Of a stretch of DNA of 64,000 bases, positions 40,629 to 50,760 are shown piece by piece. Origin of the DNA: Trueperella sp. (GTDB lineage Bacteria; Actinomycetota; Actinomycetes; Actinomycetales; Actinomycetaceae). A program made the translations under genes and the position numbers. The stretch spans positions 26,491 to 90,490 of the forward strand of contig JAUNLU010000003.1 of assembly GCA_030532125.1 (NCBI GenBank), read 5' to 3'. The notes beneath the pieces were generated by a model that was not told the origin of the DNA, made no database searches, and saw only the letters and a program-made list of their open reading frames with translations. How positions within the stretch are numbered: position 1 is the stretch's first letter; the number at the start of each line of letters is the position of its first letter.

Positions 40629-41294
40629 TTACCTATCAGGCTGATCAGAAAAGTATATGAAATTACTAGCTGTCTGGAGAACTGCTGCCTGTAACCCGCG
40701 CGCTAGCTCTGCAATAGTCCAGTTATGCTCATTTTGGGCAGGGCTTGAGGCACTATCCGGGTCGGTTTCGGCACCGACTTTTGCTGCCCCGCGAGTACGC
40801 ACTGCCGGCAAATGAATAAACCCGGCCGGGCCAGCAAAGTCACGCAGTACCGTTCGGAACACAGCATTGCATACGAAGGCCCCGGCGTCATCTGAAAGTG
40901 CTGCAGGTAGGCCCAAGTTACGGATAGCTGTCACTTGGGCGGCGGCGTCCAGGCGAGTTTCCAAAAACTCTGGTCCGGCGTCTAATAGTTCGCGTTGTGG
41001 CTGGTAACCAGATTCATCAGGAATGCGGGCGGCGGCTATTTTCCCGGCGCGCAGTTCCGGAGTAATAGCAGTACGGCCGCCAGCTTCACCCACGCAGATG
41101 ACGGCGTCGGGCTGAACTTGCGCTATTACTTGACGCAGCTGAGCTGGGCCGGTGCGGAAATCTACTGGCAGAATTTCGGTTATCAGTTCAATATGCGGGT
41201 GGTCCCAGTCCTGCGGTAATTGCGCAACGGCTAGCTGGGCAGCATTTTCCGATTCCCCACCAAATGGTTCAAAGCCAGTTACTAGTATCCGCAT
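40629..41294 (-). CDS. pcp: Pyroglutamyl-peptidase I
   Basis: MRILVTGFEPFGG N-terminus and a later Cys/His region (AGAFVCN ... FIHLP). The start is taken at the internal ATG at 41294. Confidence 0.88.
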   Translation of the reverse strand: MRILVTGFEPFGGESENAAQLAVAQLPQDWDHPHIELITEILPVDFRTGPAQLRQVIAQVQPDAVICVGEAGGRTAITPELRAGKIAAARIPDESGYQPQRELLDAGPEFLETRLDAAAQVTAIRNLGLPAALSDDAGAFVCNAVFRTVLRDFAGPAGFIHLPAVRTRGAAKVGAETDPDSASSPAQNEHNWTIAELARGLQAAVLQTASNFIYFSDQPDR

Positions 41295-41321
41295 ATCGGC
41301 AATTCTAGTTGGTGATAGCAA

Positions 41322-41639
41322 TCAGCAGAAACTGAGCACTAGCGCGAACACCCCGGCCCCGCCCAAAATAGAGAGCAGCACTTTGCGCAGCAGAAGATGC
41401 AGCACAACCGTGGTAATCACTCCTGCTGCTGCCGGCAGCCAAGATTCCGGGGTGGTCAGGTCTAGCCCGCGTAGGGTGAAGACCACCAAAATTAGCATCA
41501 CCCCGGCAGGCATTACTTTGCCTAGATATTTCAACGCTGCCGAGTCCCGCACTTTGGTTAGAAATAGGAACGGCATAGCCCGCAGCACAAAAGTTATCGC
41601 CCAGGTCATTACCACAACCGCCAAAATATATTGGGTCAT
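41322..41639 (-). CDS. azlD: Branched-chain amino acid transport protein AzlD
   Basis: 105-aa hydrophobic protein that overlaps the azlC-like gene by 4 nt. Confidence 0.8.
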   Translation of the reverse strand: MTQYILAVVVMTWAITFVLRAMPFLFLTKVRDSAALKYLGKVMPAGVMLILVVFTLRGLDLTTPESWLPAAAGVITTVVLHLLLRKVLLSILGGAGVFALVLSFC

Positions 41640-42346
41640 GACGCCGACTCCGGGCTAGCGGGTTTTGAGGCGAAGTGAGCGGTGAGCATAAGCAACAACG
41701 TAAGGGCAGAAAGCGCCACCGGCAAAAATAAATTTGCGGGGATTAGTAAGGCGCCGGCAGCTATTCCGGCAGTAAAAAGCAGCTCTTTGCGAGCTGGATT
41801 ATTCTGGTATGCCTCGATCATCAGCACCAAGAACAGGGCGGTCATAGCAAAGTTGAGGATGCGCGGATCTATCGGTACGGCCAGCCCCAATAGGGCACCC
41901 GCTGCACAGCCGAAAATCCACGTCAATTGGCAAAATAGCTGGGTAAGTAGGATGCGCCGCCCGGTGAGTTCAGCGCGCGGCTTGGCGGCGATCAGGGCAT
42001 AGGCTTCGTCGGTGAGCGCGTGGATAGCGTACAGTTTCCCCAGCTTAGCCGGCACCAGATCAAGCGGGAAACTGATCCCATAGAATATGTGCCGTAATTG
42101 TATTAACAGGGTGGCGAGCGCAATAGCTATCAGCGGTTCGTGCGCGGCAATCATTGGCACTAACAGGTATTGCAAGGACCCGGAATACATAAAAATTGCA
42201 AAGACGGGCGCCCACCACCAGTCGATACCGGCTCCGGTGAGCAGCATCCCCATTCCGATACCGAGTGGAATATAGCCCAGTGCCACTGGCACCGAGTCGC
42301 GGGCGGCCCGCAGGATATCCTGCTGGTAAGATTCCCCAGATTGCAC
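41636..42346 (-). CDS. azlC: AzlC-family branched-chain amino acid permease
   Basis: 236-aa polytopic protein with an AzlC-like N-terminus (ARDSVPVALGYIPLGIGMG). Confidence 0.8.
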   Translation of the reverse strand: MQSGESYQQDILRAARDSVPVALGYIPLGIGMGMLLTGAGIDWWWAPVFAIFMYSGSLQYLLVPMIAAHEPLIAIALATLLIQLRHIFYGISFPLDLVPAKLGKLYAIHALTDEAYALIAAKPRAELTGRRILLTQLFCQLTWIFGCAAGALLGLAVPIDPRILNFAMTALFLVLMIEAYQNNPARKELLFTAGIAAGALLIPANLFLPVALSALTLLLMLTAHFASKPASPESAS

Positions 42347-42353
42347 TGTTTGC

Positions 42354-43715
42354 CTACCCTACCCGGCGGGTGCGATTCGAGGGCACCCGCACCATTGCCC
42401 CCACCGGTATGGGATGCGGGCAGGGAATGGAAAATTCGCGGGTGGGATAGTTTATTTCGGCAACCGGTTCGCCCGCACTGTCCGTTAGCCCAGTAGCCGG
42501 CACCAGGTATTTCACCGGGGCAGCGCCAGGAAACAGAAATTCGATTTCAGTACCCGGAGTGATCTTATTTTTTGCCTGTAGCCATAGCCGCCCGGCAGCG
42601 GCGTCGTACTTAGTAACTACGCCAGCTAGTAGCCAAGTATTGATATACCCGCCCACTTTCACTTCTTCGCTCGCGGGCTGCTCGGGATAGTAGAAACCCG
42701 TAGAGTAGGTGCGGTGCGTGACCTTAAATGGTTCTTCCGCTAGCCACGGGGAAAACTGCACTGGAGTTGGGGCGGCGGGGGCAGCGTCGGCCGGGAGATT
42801 CACCTGATCGTGGAAAGCGCGCAATTCGGCGCCGGCGGCGTCAATAAATCCGCGCTGCTGCAAATACTCGTTTACTGCGGTTTTGTAGGCATTCGCCATT
42901 GCCGCCACATAGTAGGCGCTTTTGGCGCGGCCCTCGATTTTCAGGCTGGTCACGCCGGCGTCTAATACGTCATCGACGTGTTCGACCATATTCATGTCAT
43001 TGGAGTTGAAGATGAATGTGCCGCCGTCGGTTATTTCCACTGGAATGAATTCATTGGGGTTACGTTCTTCGACGACGTGATACCGGTAGCGGCAGGATTG
43101 TACGCAGTCGCCGTGGTTGGCATCGCGCCCGGTGGTGTGCTTAGAGATCAAGCATCTGCCCGAAAACGCCATGCACATCGAGCCGTGCACAAATGCTTCG
43201 ATTTCTAGTTCTGGTGGAGTATGGGCGCGGATTTCCCGAATATCTGCCAGGCTCAGCTCCCGGGCCAGTACCACGCGGGAAGCACCCAGCTCAGCAAAAG
43301 CGTTAGCAGCCTGATAATTAGTTATTCCGGCCTGGGTGGAGATATGTATTTCGGTATTGGGGGCGACTTTCCGGGCCGCCATCAACACCCCAATATCGGT
43401 TACGATCAGGCCGTCCACCCCAATTTCAGCTAGCTGTGCCATATAGGCATTCATCGCCGCTACTTCATCCGAACTAGGCAAAATATTGCAGGTTACATAA
43501 ACTCGCCCGCCGCGCGGATGCGCATAGGAAACCGCTTCGGCGAAGTCTGCCAGGGAAAAGTTCTGCGGCGCGGTGCGCATGCCAAATTCTTTACCCGCAC
43601 AGTAGACGGCGTCTGCCCCGAAATCGAATGCAGTTTTTAGGGTCGCCAAATTGCCGGCTGGAGCCAAAACTTCTGGGCGCTGGCGGCGGCTTACTCCCGA
43701 GAACTGTTCGGTCAT
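42354..43715 (-). CDS. Peptidase U32-family protein
   Basis: PEVLAPAGN start region, FVHGSMCMAFSGRCL and a U32 C-terminal barrel. The start is taken at MTEQFSG (43715), because the longer ORF would overlap the divergent patatin gene. Confidence 0.85.
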   Translation of the reverse strand: MTEQFSGVSRRQRPEVLAPAGNLATLKTAFDFGADAVYCAGKEFGMRTAPQNFSLADFAEAVSYAHPRGGRVYVTCNILPSSDEVAAMNAYMAQLAEIGVDGLIVTDIGVLMAARKVAPNTEIHISTQAGITNYQAANAFAELGASRVVLARELSLADIREIRAHTPPELEIEAFVHGSMCMAFSGRCLISKHTTGRDANHGDCVQSCRYRYHVVEERNPNEFIPVEITDGGTFIFNSNDMNMVEHVDDVLDAGVTSLKIEGRAKSAYYVAAMANAYKTAVNEYLQQRGFIDAAGAELRAFHDQVNLPADAAPAAPTPVQFSPWLAEEPFKVTHRTYSTGFYYPEQPASEEVKVGGYINTWLLAGVVTKYDAAAGRLWLQAKNKITPGTEIEFLFPGAAPVKYLVPATGLTDSAGEPVAEINYPTREFSIPCPHPIPVGAMVRVPSNRTRRVG

Positions 43716-43784
43716 AGCGTCAAGTGTACGAGGTGGCACGGTATATAGTAAAAGCAAGATTTTGGGGCATTGGGGAGAGAAAAA

Positions 43785-44861
43785 ATGAAAATTTCGCTGG
43801 TATTGGGTTCGGGTGGTCCCCGCGGCTGGGCACATATCGGAGTTATTCAGGAGCTCACCGAACGCGGTCACGAAATTGCCACCATATCGGGCTGCTCAGT
43901 TGGCTCGCTGGTAGGCGGGGTTTATGCCGCTGGCAAGCTCCCCGAATTTACGGACTGGGTGTTGAGCCTCACTAAATCTAATGTGCGCTCGCTGCTGGAT
44001 TTCACCCTCACTAGCCCGGGCCTGGTCAAAGGAGAACGGGTAATAAACGAGATAAAAGAAATCGTAGGCGAGGTAAATATTGAGGATCTGAATATTCCGT
44101 ATACCGCGGTGGCAGTGGATATTCTCTCCGGGCGGGAAGTGTGGTTCCAGCGCGGCCCGCTGTTCTTAGCCATCCGCTCGTCTATCTCCATTCCTACTTT
44201 CTTGACCCCGGTTATGATCGGTGACCGTTTGCTGGTAGATGGCGGGGTACTAAATGCGGTGCCGGTGGAACCAACTTTGGCGCATAACACTGACTTCACT
44301 GTGGCCGTGGATCTGAATGGGCCCGCGCTGCTGACGCCGCATGAAGTGTTGCGGATGAAGCAGGAGGAAGAACGCACTCTGTTTGATTTTTCGGCACTAG
44401 GCGAGACCTGGGATCGCACTAAGAAGTCGATTATGAGCACTGAGCTATTCCAACAAGTCGAGCAGCGGCTATTTAATGAGGACAATACCGACGGCGACGC
44501 TGCTGACCAGGAAGACGCCGCCGATGCACCAGAGCAAGCTGGCGGCACAGCAGACCAGGCTGACGGCGCAGAATTCCTTTCGGATCACGCCCACCGGGAG
44601 GCGCCAGTAGACACGGTAACCGAAGCTGCGCTTGCCGCGCGGGCGCTGCCCGAGGGGCTAACCACGCTGGGGGTGATGAACCTGTCGCTCGATGTGATGC
44701 GCGATTTCATTCAGCGTTATCGGAATGCCGCTATTCCAGTGCCTGCCACAATAAAGATCCCGAAAGATGCGGTGGATGATATGGACTACCACCGCGCCGA
44801 AGAATTAATCGAGTTGGGGCGGAAAGAAGCAGTAAAAGTTTTCGACGAGATGGGAATATAG
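43785..44861 (+). CDS. Patatin-like phospholipase
   Basis: GSGGPRG oxyanion motif, GCSVGS (GxSxG) and the DGG dyad motif (LLVDGGVLN). Confidence 0.9.
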   Translation: MKISLVLGSGGPRGWAHIGVIQELTERGHEIATISGCSVGSLVGGVYAAGKLPEFTDWVLSLTKSNVRSLLDFTLTSPGLVKGERVINEIKEIVGEVNIEDLNIPYTAVAVDILSGREVWFQRGPLFLAIRSSISIPTFLTPVMIGDRLLVDGGVLNAVPVEPTLAHNTDFTVAVDLNGPALLTPHEVLRMKQEEERTLFDFSALGETWDRTKKSIMSTELFQQVEQRLFNEDNTDGDAADQEDAADAPEQAGGTADQADGAEFLSDHAHREAPVDTVTEAALAARALPEGLTTLGVMNLSLDVMRDFIQRYRNAAIPVPATIKIPKDAVDDMDYHRAEELIELGRKEAVKVFDEMGI

Positions 44862-44884
44862 CCGCAGTTTGCAGGCAAGGCTAT

Positions 44885-45409
44885 TTACAGTAAATATTCG
44901 TACAGATAGAAGTTTTCCGTTACGTCCGGGTAGGCGATGCGGTGTTGGCCGCGGTAGTCGAACCCGCAGGATTTATAGAAGTGGCGCGCTGGCTGGTTTA
45001 TTGGGTAAACATCTAGGCGCACTGCCTGGTATCCCGCTTTCCGGGCGTGGTCGATAATCGCAGCAATGAAGCGATGCCCAATCCCCCGCCCTTGCAAGTG
45101 CGGGGAAACTGCGAAAGTGTGCACCCCCAGTGCAGCACTGGAGTCGACGTCGATCCCCCACGGTACCCGCGCATAATCCGGCGGAAAATTGGAGTCCAAG
45201 TTTACGACGCCGGCTATTTCGCCGTCACGCTCAAAAATATAGGTGGCGCCAGCGGCGATGAAACTGCGCAGGTCCGCCACGGTGGGATATTTTTCCAGCG
45301 ACCAGGCTGGGTGATGTGCTTTACCGGCCAAGCTGTCAATCACAACGGTGTAGAAGTCAATTACGCTATCGAGTTCATCGGCGCGGGCGCGGCGAAACAG
45401 TTCAGACAT
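44885..45409 (-). CDS. GNAT-family N-acetyltransferase
   Basis: Acetyl-CoA binding motif A (LQGRGIGHRFIAAIIDHARKAGY). Confidence 0.88.
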   Translation of the reverse strand: MSELFRRARADELDSVIDFYTVVIDSLAGKAHHPAWSLEKYPTVADLRSFIAAGATYIFERDGEIAGVVNLDSNFPPDYARVPWGIDVDSSAALGVHTFAVSPHLQGRGIGHRFIAAIIDHARKAGYQAVRLDVYPINQPARHFYKSCGFDYRGQHRIAYPDVTENFYLYEYLL

Positions 45410-45487
45410 ATGCCCAGTTTAAGGAATTTTGCAGCGGGTGAGCACCCGACCCCGGATTTTGTGGGATCGGCACTCTAGAATTAGATT

Positions 45488-45982
45488 ATGGCTGAAAATA
45501 ATTATGCTGCGGATGACATGGACGTACTGGATTTTGCCAAGATTGTAAGTCTCTTACCTCCATATCTGCCTATTACTGACGACTTCATAGCGCAAATAAG
45601 TGGAACTGACGAGCGGCCAGAGCGCTCCGAGCGGGAACATATGGTGGGTTGGTACCAAGGGCAAGCCACCACTGGCAGCGGCCAGTACACCAGAAATGTA
45701 CCCAATCGATCAGCCAAAAGAGCTTATAACCGGCTACTTAACCCAGCGTCAGTATTGTGGATCGCGGAAGCAGTTGGCGTAGACGAACAGCTAGTAAGGG
45801 AAGCTGCTGCCAAAGCCCTGGCGGAACCGGCTTGGCGCAGCCGGCCGCGCGTTGCCCGCGAAGTCCTCCCTTGGGAGTTGGTGTTTGAAAAAGCTAAACA
45901 CCTGCCTAAATCAGCTTTCATACTGAGCAAAGGTAAGGGCTACGCTTTGCCGCGCCTGGGGCTACGCCGTCATCACCGCTGA
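45488..45982 (+). CDS. Hypothetical protein
   Basis: 164-aa ORF with coding-like composition and no motif I recognise. It is convergent with res. Confidence 0.5.
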   Translation: MAENNYAADDMDVLDFAKIVSLLPPYLPITDDFIAQISGTDERPERSEREHMVGWYQGQATTGSGQYTRNVPNRSAKRAYNRLLNPASVLWIAEAVGVDEQLVREAAAKALAEPAWRSRPRVAREVLPWELVFEKAKHLPKSAFILSKGKGYALPRLGLRRHHR

Positions 45983-46078
45983 CCGCGCCGCCCGGCTAAC
46001 CATTGACGGTGCCACTGGTTGCCTACCTATGCAGTGCAGTCAGGGCGCCCTCCCCCGGGCTTGCTGACGAGTTTGCGA

Positions 46079-48667
46079 CTACAGAGCGTTACTGACCGGG
46101 CTAGCGAAGGTTTTCAGATCTTCCCAGGAGTCAGCGCGGGCAGTGTCTTCCTCGTATGCGATGAGGTAGCCCCAGTGTTGACCAGCGTAGGCTTCCTCAG
46201 CGACCAGGCGTCGCACCAGTGCTTCGGCGGCCTTGCGTTTAGCCTGCACCTGGGTGTCATCGCGGCCTCGCTCTGATTTTCCTTCGATGATCCAGTGCAC
46301 ACCATTGGTGTCCAGGGCAACAAAGTCTGGAAAGTAACGATCCTTGGCGTTGTAGTACACGAACGCTTGGTCTTGCGGGTGCAGGCGATGCCACCAGACG
46401 ATGCCTGGTGAAGTGTTGAGCAGGCGGGCGAGTTGATATTCGCCAGTGAAGGAGTCAAATGATTCTTCAGCGAATAGCGACTTGAACCAGCCTCTATAGA
46501 CTCGACCGCGTACGAACTGCGCGCGGGTCTCAATCTGATCATGTACTTTCTCACCCAGTGGGAGCACATAGCCATCACCTGGCATCTGCTTGGGGTGAAT
46601 GCTGGGTACCTCGCGAGTGGCCCGCAGGGTTTCGGTTGTGTAGTTCTTGATTAGCGTCAGCAGCTCGGTACGAGCAGAGTCGAGGGATTTGACTGTCCAT
46701 CCAGTAAATGTCACGGCTTGCATAAACTTCGGTACCAGGAACGTAGCTACATAGCGAGCAGTCTGTTCGGTCTTGGGCACTAGCGGCATATTGATGACCA
46801 GCTTGTTCAACGCATCTTGTGCATCAGCATCATCAACGTGGACGGAGTCAACCTCGGCACTTTCACGATCCTCCGCCCACAGTTTCTTACCTAGCGCGGC
46901 AATGATCTCCTTACGCAATAGCACATCTCCAGTGGAGGTAACCCGCCGAGCCGCCTGCTCAATCTCAGAGCCACTGATCTCGGATAGGTCAATAGGCGGT
47001 TGCTGTACTCTCATCATCGTCACTGGGAACTGGTACGAAACATCAGCGAAGCGAGGGTTGCGTTCGATCGACACAAGTTCCCAGGTGGGTTCTTCCTCTG
47101 GGTTGGTGATGGTACGAACTCCGACACTGGGTAAACCCTCACTCGGGCCGTCACTGCTGCTGACGGCAACAGTACCCGGCTGCGGGGCTAAGCCAGTGGC
47201 CTCACCACTGGAATCGGTGCCCGCCCCAGGCAGTATCGCACCGACAGCTTGACCGCCACGATCGGTCATGGCTACATCTGCACCTGTGCCGGATGCTTCA
47301 GCGGCTTTGCGGATCGCCTCATCAACTTTGGCCTTATCGAGTTCGGGAACAGCTTCGTCTAGGCCGAACTGTTGGAGCACATTCTCAGCATTGAGCAGCT
47401 CGGTAAAGGACTGGTGGGCTATGATGTCGAGCTGGTCGATCTGCCACACACCCGTATATTTCCCAAACGGCAGGCGTAGGCCGCGCCCCATCGTCTGTTG
47501 GGTCAGCACCTCTGATGCCATCGCCCGCAGCGTCACAACGACAGCGATATTCTTGACATCCCACCCTTCTTTGAGCTTGTTCACACTCACTACCGCTAGG
47601 ACGGGTGATTCGGGCCGATCCAGTTCGTCCAGGCGACGTTGGGTCAGCTCGTCTTCATGCTTGGAGTCCACCTGCAACACGGCCTCATCGCGACCTAAAT
47701 ATTCAGGGGTACGCAAAAGCTCGGCGACCTGGCTGGCATGTTCAACATCCGAACACACCACAAATACAACCGCATTTACCCGGGAGTGGTTTTGACTGGC
47801 CGCATAAGAGTCATAGTAGATCTGCTTGAGCGAGCGCAGCTGTAACGCGTCCCGCAGCTGCTGTTCCTCGGAGGCTTCGTCGGTTCCGTATCCGGTTTTG
47901 CGGAAAGCCAACACTGGAGCCTTGACGTACTTGTCCTGGATGGCTCGGTAGAGCGGGTATTCGAAAATAACGTGATCGGTCTTCTTGTCCACCGACGCGG
48001 TCAAACCAATAGTAGCCGCCGGGTCGAGTTCCTTAAGTGCCGCGTTGAACGCCACTGCACTCGACCCGTACAGGTGGGACTCGTCGGCGATCACCACCAA
48101 ATCGTCAAGATTTTTCAGGTAGTCGAAGAGCACGCCTGCGTTCTCATCAAACCGGCGGGGTTTGCGGCGCATTGCTTCCTGGGTGCCACCATGGGTATCG
48201 CCCTCGGCATCTTTTGGCGCGATCAACTGCTGGATGTTGAAGATGAACGCCAGCACCGGCACCTCATTGCCCAACGCAAACTGAGCCGCGCCGTTCTGCC
48301 GAGCTATCCACGTGGAATAGTCCTGTGGGGTCACCACCTCAGGTGGCACTGCCGAGCCAGTGATATAGCGAGGCGATCCCGATTTGAAATTCTGCACCGT
48401 CTTCGCCTGCACCGTCTTGCCCGGGGTAACAATTACGACGTTACCTACACCTTGGCGGCGCAGATACTCCACAAACGCCGCCATCAAATACGTCTTGCCC
48501 ACACCGGTAGCCAGGTTGAGCACCTGCATCACGGCCGGGTCATAGTCACCGTCGAGAGTGAAAATCAGCTGGCGCAGTGCCTCTTTGTTCGGGGCGCGCA
48601 GATCGAACTCGGAGCTGATCGACTCCAACATATCCGAATCAAAACTGATATTGAGCCTGCTTGTCAT
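46079..48667 (-). CDS. res: Type III restriction enzyme, Res subunit (SF2 helicase plus PD-ExK nuclease)
   Basis: Walker A-like LATGVGKTY, DEAH-type VIADESH, helicase motif VI QTMGRGLR and a C-terminal nuclease motif (YFPDFVAL...WIIEGK). Its start overlaps the mod stop as ATGA. Confidence 0.88.
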   Translation of the reverse strand: MTSRLNISFDSDMLESISSEFDLRAPNKEALRQLIFTLDGDYDPAVMQVLNLATGVGKTYLMAAFVEYLRRQGVGNVVIVTPGKTVQAKTVQNFKSGSPRYITGSAVPPEVVTPQDYSTWIARQNGAAQFALGNEVPVLAFIFNIQQLIAPKDAEGDTHGGTQEAMRRKPRRFDENAGVLFDYLKNLDDLVVIADESHLYGSSAVAFNAALKELDPAATIGLTASVDKKTDHVIFEYPLYRAIQDKYVKAPVLAFRKTGYGTDEASEEQQLRDALQLRSLKQIYYDSYAASQNHSRVNAVVFVVCSDVEHASQVAELLRTPEYLGRDEAVLQVDSKHEDELTQRRLDELDRPESPVLAVVSVNKLKEGWDVKNIAVVVTLRAMASEVLTQQTMGRGLRLPFGKYTGVWQIDQLDIIAHQSFTELLNAENVLQQFGLDEAVPELDKAKVDEAIRKAAEASGTGADVAMTDRGGQAVGAILPGAGTDSSGEATGLAPQPGTVAVSSSDGPSEGLPSVGVRTITNPEEEPTWELVSIERNPRFADVSYQFPVTMMRVQQPPIDLSEISGSEIEQAARRVTSTGDVLLRKEIIAALGKKLWAEDRESAEVDSVHVDDADAQDALNKLVINMPLVPKTEQTARYVATFLVPKFMQAVTFTGWTVKSLDSARTELLTLIKNYTTETLRATREVPSIHPKQMPGDGYVLPLGEKVHDQIETRAQFVRGRVYRGWFKSLFAEESFDSFTGEYQLARLLNTSPGIVWWHRLHPQDQAFVYYNAKDRYFPDFVALDTNGVHWIIEGKSERGRDDTQVQAKRKAAEALVRRLVAEEAYAGQHWGYLIAYEEDTARADSWEDLKTFASPVSNAL

Positions 48668-50682
48668 TGCTGACCACCACCTTCGCTGTAGCGGAACACA
48701 TCATCTGGTAGCGCAACCACTCGCGACCCCTTCACTGCACGCCGCAGATGCTGGCGTACCCCATCCATCACCGCGGTGGCGGCCAGCACGATCGTCTCCC
48801 CAGGCTGGATTTGGGAGGCCAGCCAGTCCGCAATCTCGATTGTGGCCACGCCCTCAACCACCTTCAACAATGCGTTGCCACGGCGGGCATCAAACACGTA
48901 GTCATCATCGGGATGCAACAGCGTGAACCCAAGATTGGCAGCCACTGACTCGATCAAAGTCTGTCCAGTCGCAGCCGCCGTCAGCATCACCCGATCTAAC
49001 TCAGGGTCGTAATCGAAACAGGCTGGCGACAGGTGTGCCACCTGGAAACCGCCCCCGCCACGCCAGTTCACTACTTCTTTCGTGCGTCTGGTCTTCGAGG
49101 CAGCCTTCAGGGCTTTGACGCGCGGATCTTTCTTTGCTTCCGGATCATCAGCAATCAGCTTGTTCAACACTGACGTAAACTTCGCAGCATCTTCTGGACT
49201 GACGCCATCAGGTAGCCCATCTTCCGTCGCGTCGACTCGTTCGCCCTTAGTGCGAGTTACGCCACCCGGATCCTGGTCACTAACAACCTTAGTAAGTCGT
49301 GGCTTGGTAAAACGCTCGAAAGTATCCTCCACCAGTTCGCACGTCACCCAACGCCGGCCCATCTTCTGCGCCACCGCAGCAGTCGTACCCGAACCAGCAA
49401 ACACATCCAACACAATATCGCCCGGGTTAGACCCGATATGAATAATGCGCTCAAGCAATTTTTCTGGTTTAGGCGTGCTGAAAGGGGTAGCGTTTGGGAA
49501 CAGTGTCTTGATCTCATTTTTAGCACTACGGTTATGGCCGACCTCGGTATTGTCCCACCAAGTTCGAGGCGGGGTGCCTCGACTTGGGATATACGTTTTC
49601 AGCCCAATTCCTCCGCTGCTTCCATTAGAACCTCGCAACAACAAGCGAGGAAGTGGAATCTGCGCCATTCTTTTGGTAGCAAATTGGACGTCGCTTTCAT
49701 TCCAATCAGGTATGATCATCTTAGGAATATCTGACCGGATCTCAACGCCTTGCCCTTCAATCTCTGCCCGCTTGCAGAGCTCATTTTCATCGGGGGCAGT
49801 AAGTTGGTAACGTCCCCAATCGCGCATTAGTTCGAGCATAGTATCTTGAGAAAAATACCAATTTGCGTTTTTTCCTGGGTAAACCATTTGCCCAGTAATT
49901 GGGTGTTGAATGCCATAGACACTAGGGTGCTGTTTTTCAGCTAATGCGTGGCGAGCTGTCGGATCCCCATCCCACCATGGCCCGTTTGGATCTTCATCAG
50001 GATTCTTAAATCTTGCGTTGTCCGAAGCGCTTCGAAGCATACGATTAGGTATGAAAAACTCATTTTTTCGATAAACGATTATTATATCTTGATCAGTAGA
50101 AAAGCCTTCACTGTTATTGCGTGGTCCATCAGCCTTTTGCCAAACAACTTCTGCTACAAAATTCTGCGCTCCAAATACTTCGTCCAGAAGCAATCGCATA
50201 CGATGGACTTCCACGTCGTCCAAGTGCACCCAAATTGAGCCGTCGTCTGCGAGCAGCCTCTTGAGATGTAACAATCTGTCGCGCATCATGGTGAGCCACA
50301 CTGAATGCTCGAGGTTATCCTCGTAGTTCGCGAAGGTCTGTGCGGTATTGAATGGCGGATCAATGTAGATCAGTTTGACCTTGCCCAGGTACTTCTCCGC
50401 TAGCTCGGGTACGCGAGTTAGGGCTTCGAGTACGTCTCCAGATTCACCGAGAATTAATAAGTTATCTTCTTGGGGTTCCAGGTCAGCGCGCTCGGAGTAT
50501 TCAAACTTCTCATCTTTAGGGCTTTGCACGCCCTGAACGTAGTCGTCGTAGATGAGGGTGTGAGTTTCGCAGTAGCGCGGATCAGAGGGATCAACCCACG
50601 TGTAACCGTATTTGCCCGTCTCGGTGGGGATGAGGGCTTTGTCTTTGTTGTACCAGGTCAGCTGCAAGCGTTGTGCGGCCAT
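48664..50682 (-). CDS. mod: Type III restriction-modification DNA methyltransferase, Mod subunit (beta-class N6A/N4C)
   Basis: Motif IV IYIDPPFNT precedes motif I VLDVFAGSGTTAAV (beta-class order). The LTWYNKDK N-terminus is typical of Type III Mod, and the gene is translationally coupled to res. Confidence 0.9.
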   Translation of the reverse strand: MAAQRLQLTWYNKDKALIPTETGKYGYTWVDPSDPRYCETHTLIYDDYVQGVQSPKDEKFEYSERADLEPQEDNLLILGESGDVLEALTRVPELAEKYLGKVKLIYIDPPFNTAQTFANYEDNLEHSVWLTMMRDRLLHLKRLLADDGSIWVHLDDVEVHRMRLLLDEVFGAQNFVAEVVWQKADGPRNNSEGFSTDQDIIIVYRKNEFFIPNRMLRSASDNARFKNPDEDPNGPWWDGDPTARHALAEKQHPSVYGIQHPITGQMVYPGKNANWYFSQDTMLELMRDWGRYQLTAPDENELCKRAEIEGQGVEIRSDIPKMIIPDWNESDVQFATKRMAQIPLPRLLLRGSNGSSGGIGLKTYIPSRGTPPRTWWDNTEVGHNRSAKNEIKTLFPNATPFSTPKPEKLLERIIHIGSNPGDIVLDVFAGSGTTAAVAQKMGRRWVTCELVEDTFERFTKPRLTKVVSDQDPGGVTRTKGERVDATEDGLPDGVSPEDAAKFTSVLNKLIADDPEAKKDPRVKALKAASKTRRTKEVVNWRGGGGFQVAHLSPACFDYDPELDRVMLTAAATGQTLIESVAANLGFTLLHPDDDYVFDARRGNALLKVVEGVATIEIADWLASQIQPGETIVLAATAVMDGVRQHLRRAVKGSRVVALPDDVFRYSEGGGQQ

Positions 50683-50760
50683 CTAGTTGGTCTCTCCCTT
50701 CGTCTCTGTAAGCACGACTTCGCAAATGTCGGCGATATCGCAGTTGAGTGCTTGGCAGAT
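50683..50760 (-). pseudogene. 3' stub of a small XRE/YozG-like HTH regulator gene
   Basis: The minus strand reads ICQALNCDIADICEVVLTETKGETN-stop. It is in frame directly after the herA TGA, and its TAG directly abuts the mod ATG. The L..IC.AL.C...DI.E pattern is the usual C-terminus of ~70-aa Cro/C1-type HTH proteins. Confidence 0.5.

Noticed and set aside
46019-46078. Expected bidirectional terminator between the convergent 164-aa ORF and res
   Set aside because: Only weak 5-bp stems (GTCAG...CTGAC) and a GGGCGCCC palindrome are present, with no U-tract, so I do not call a terminator.
45400-46100. Search for a direct repeat of the tRNA-Ala 3' end (att site) at the far side of the island
   Set aside because: I could find no match by eye to GGATTCGAACC or the acceptor-stem segment. 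Short or degenerate repeats would need a computational search.
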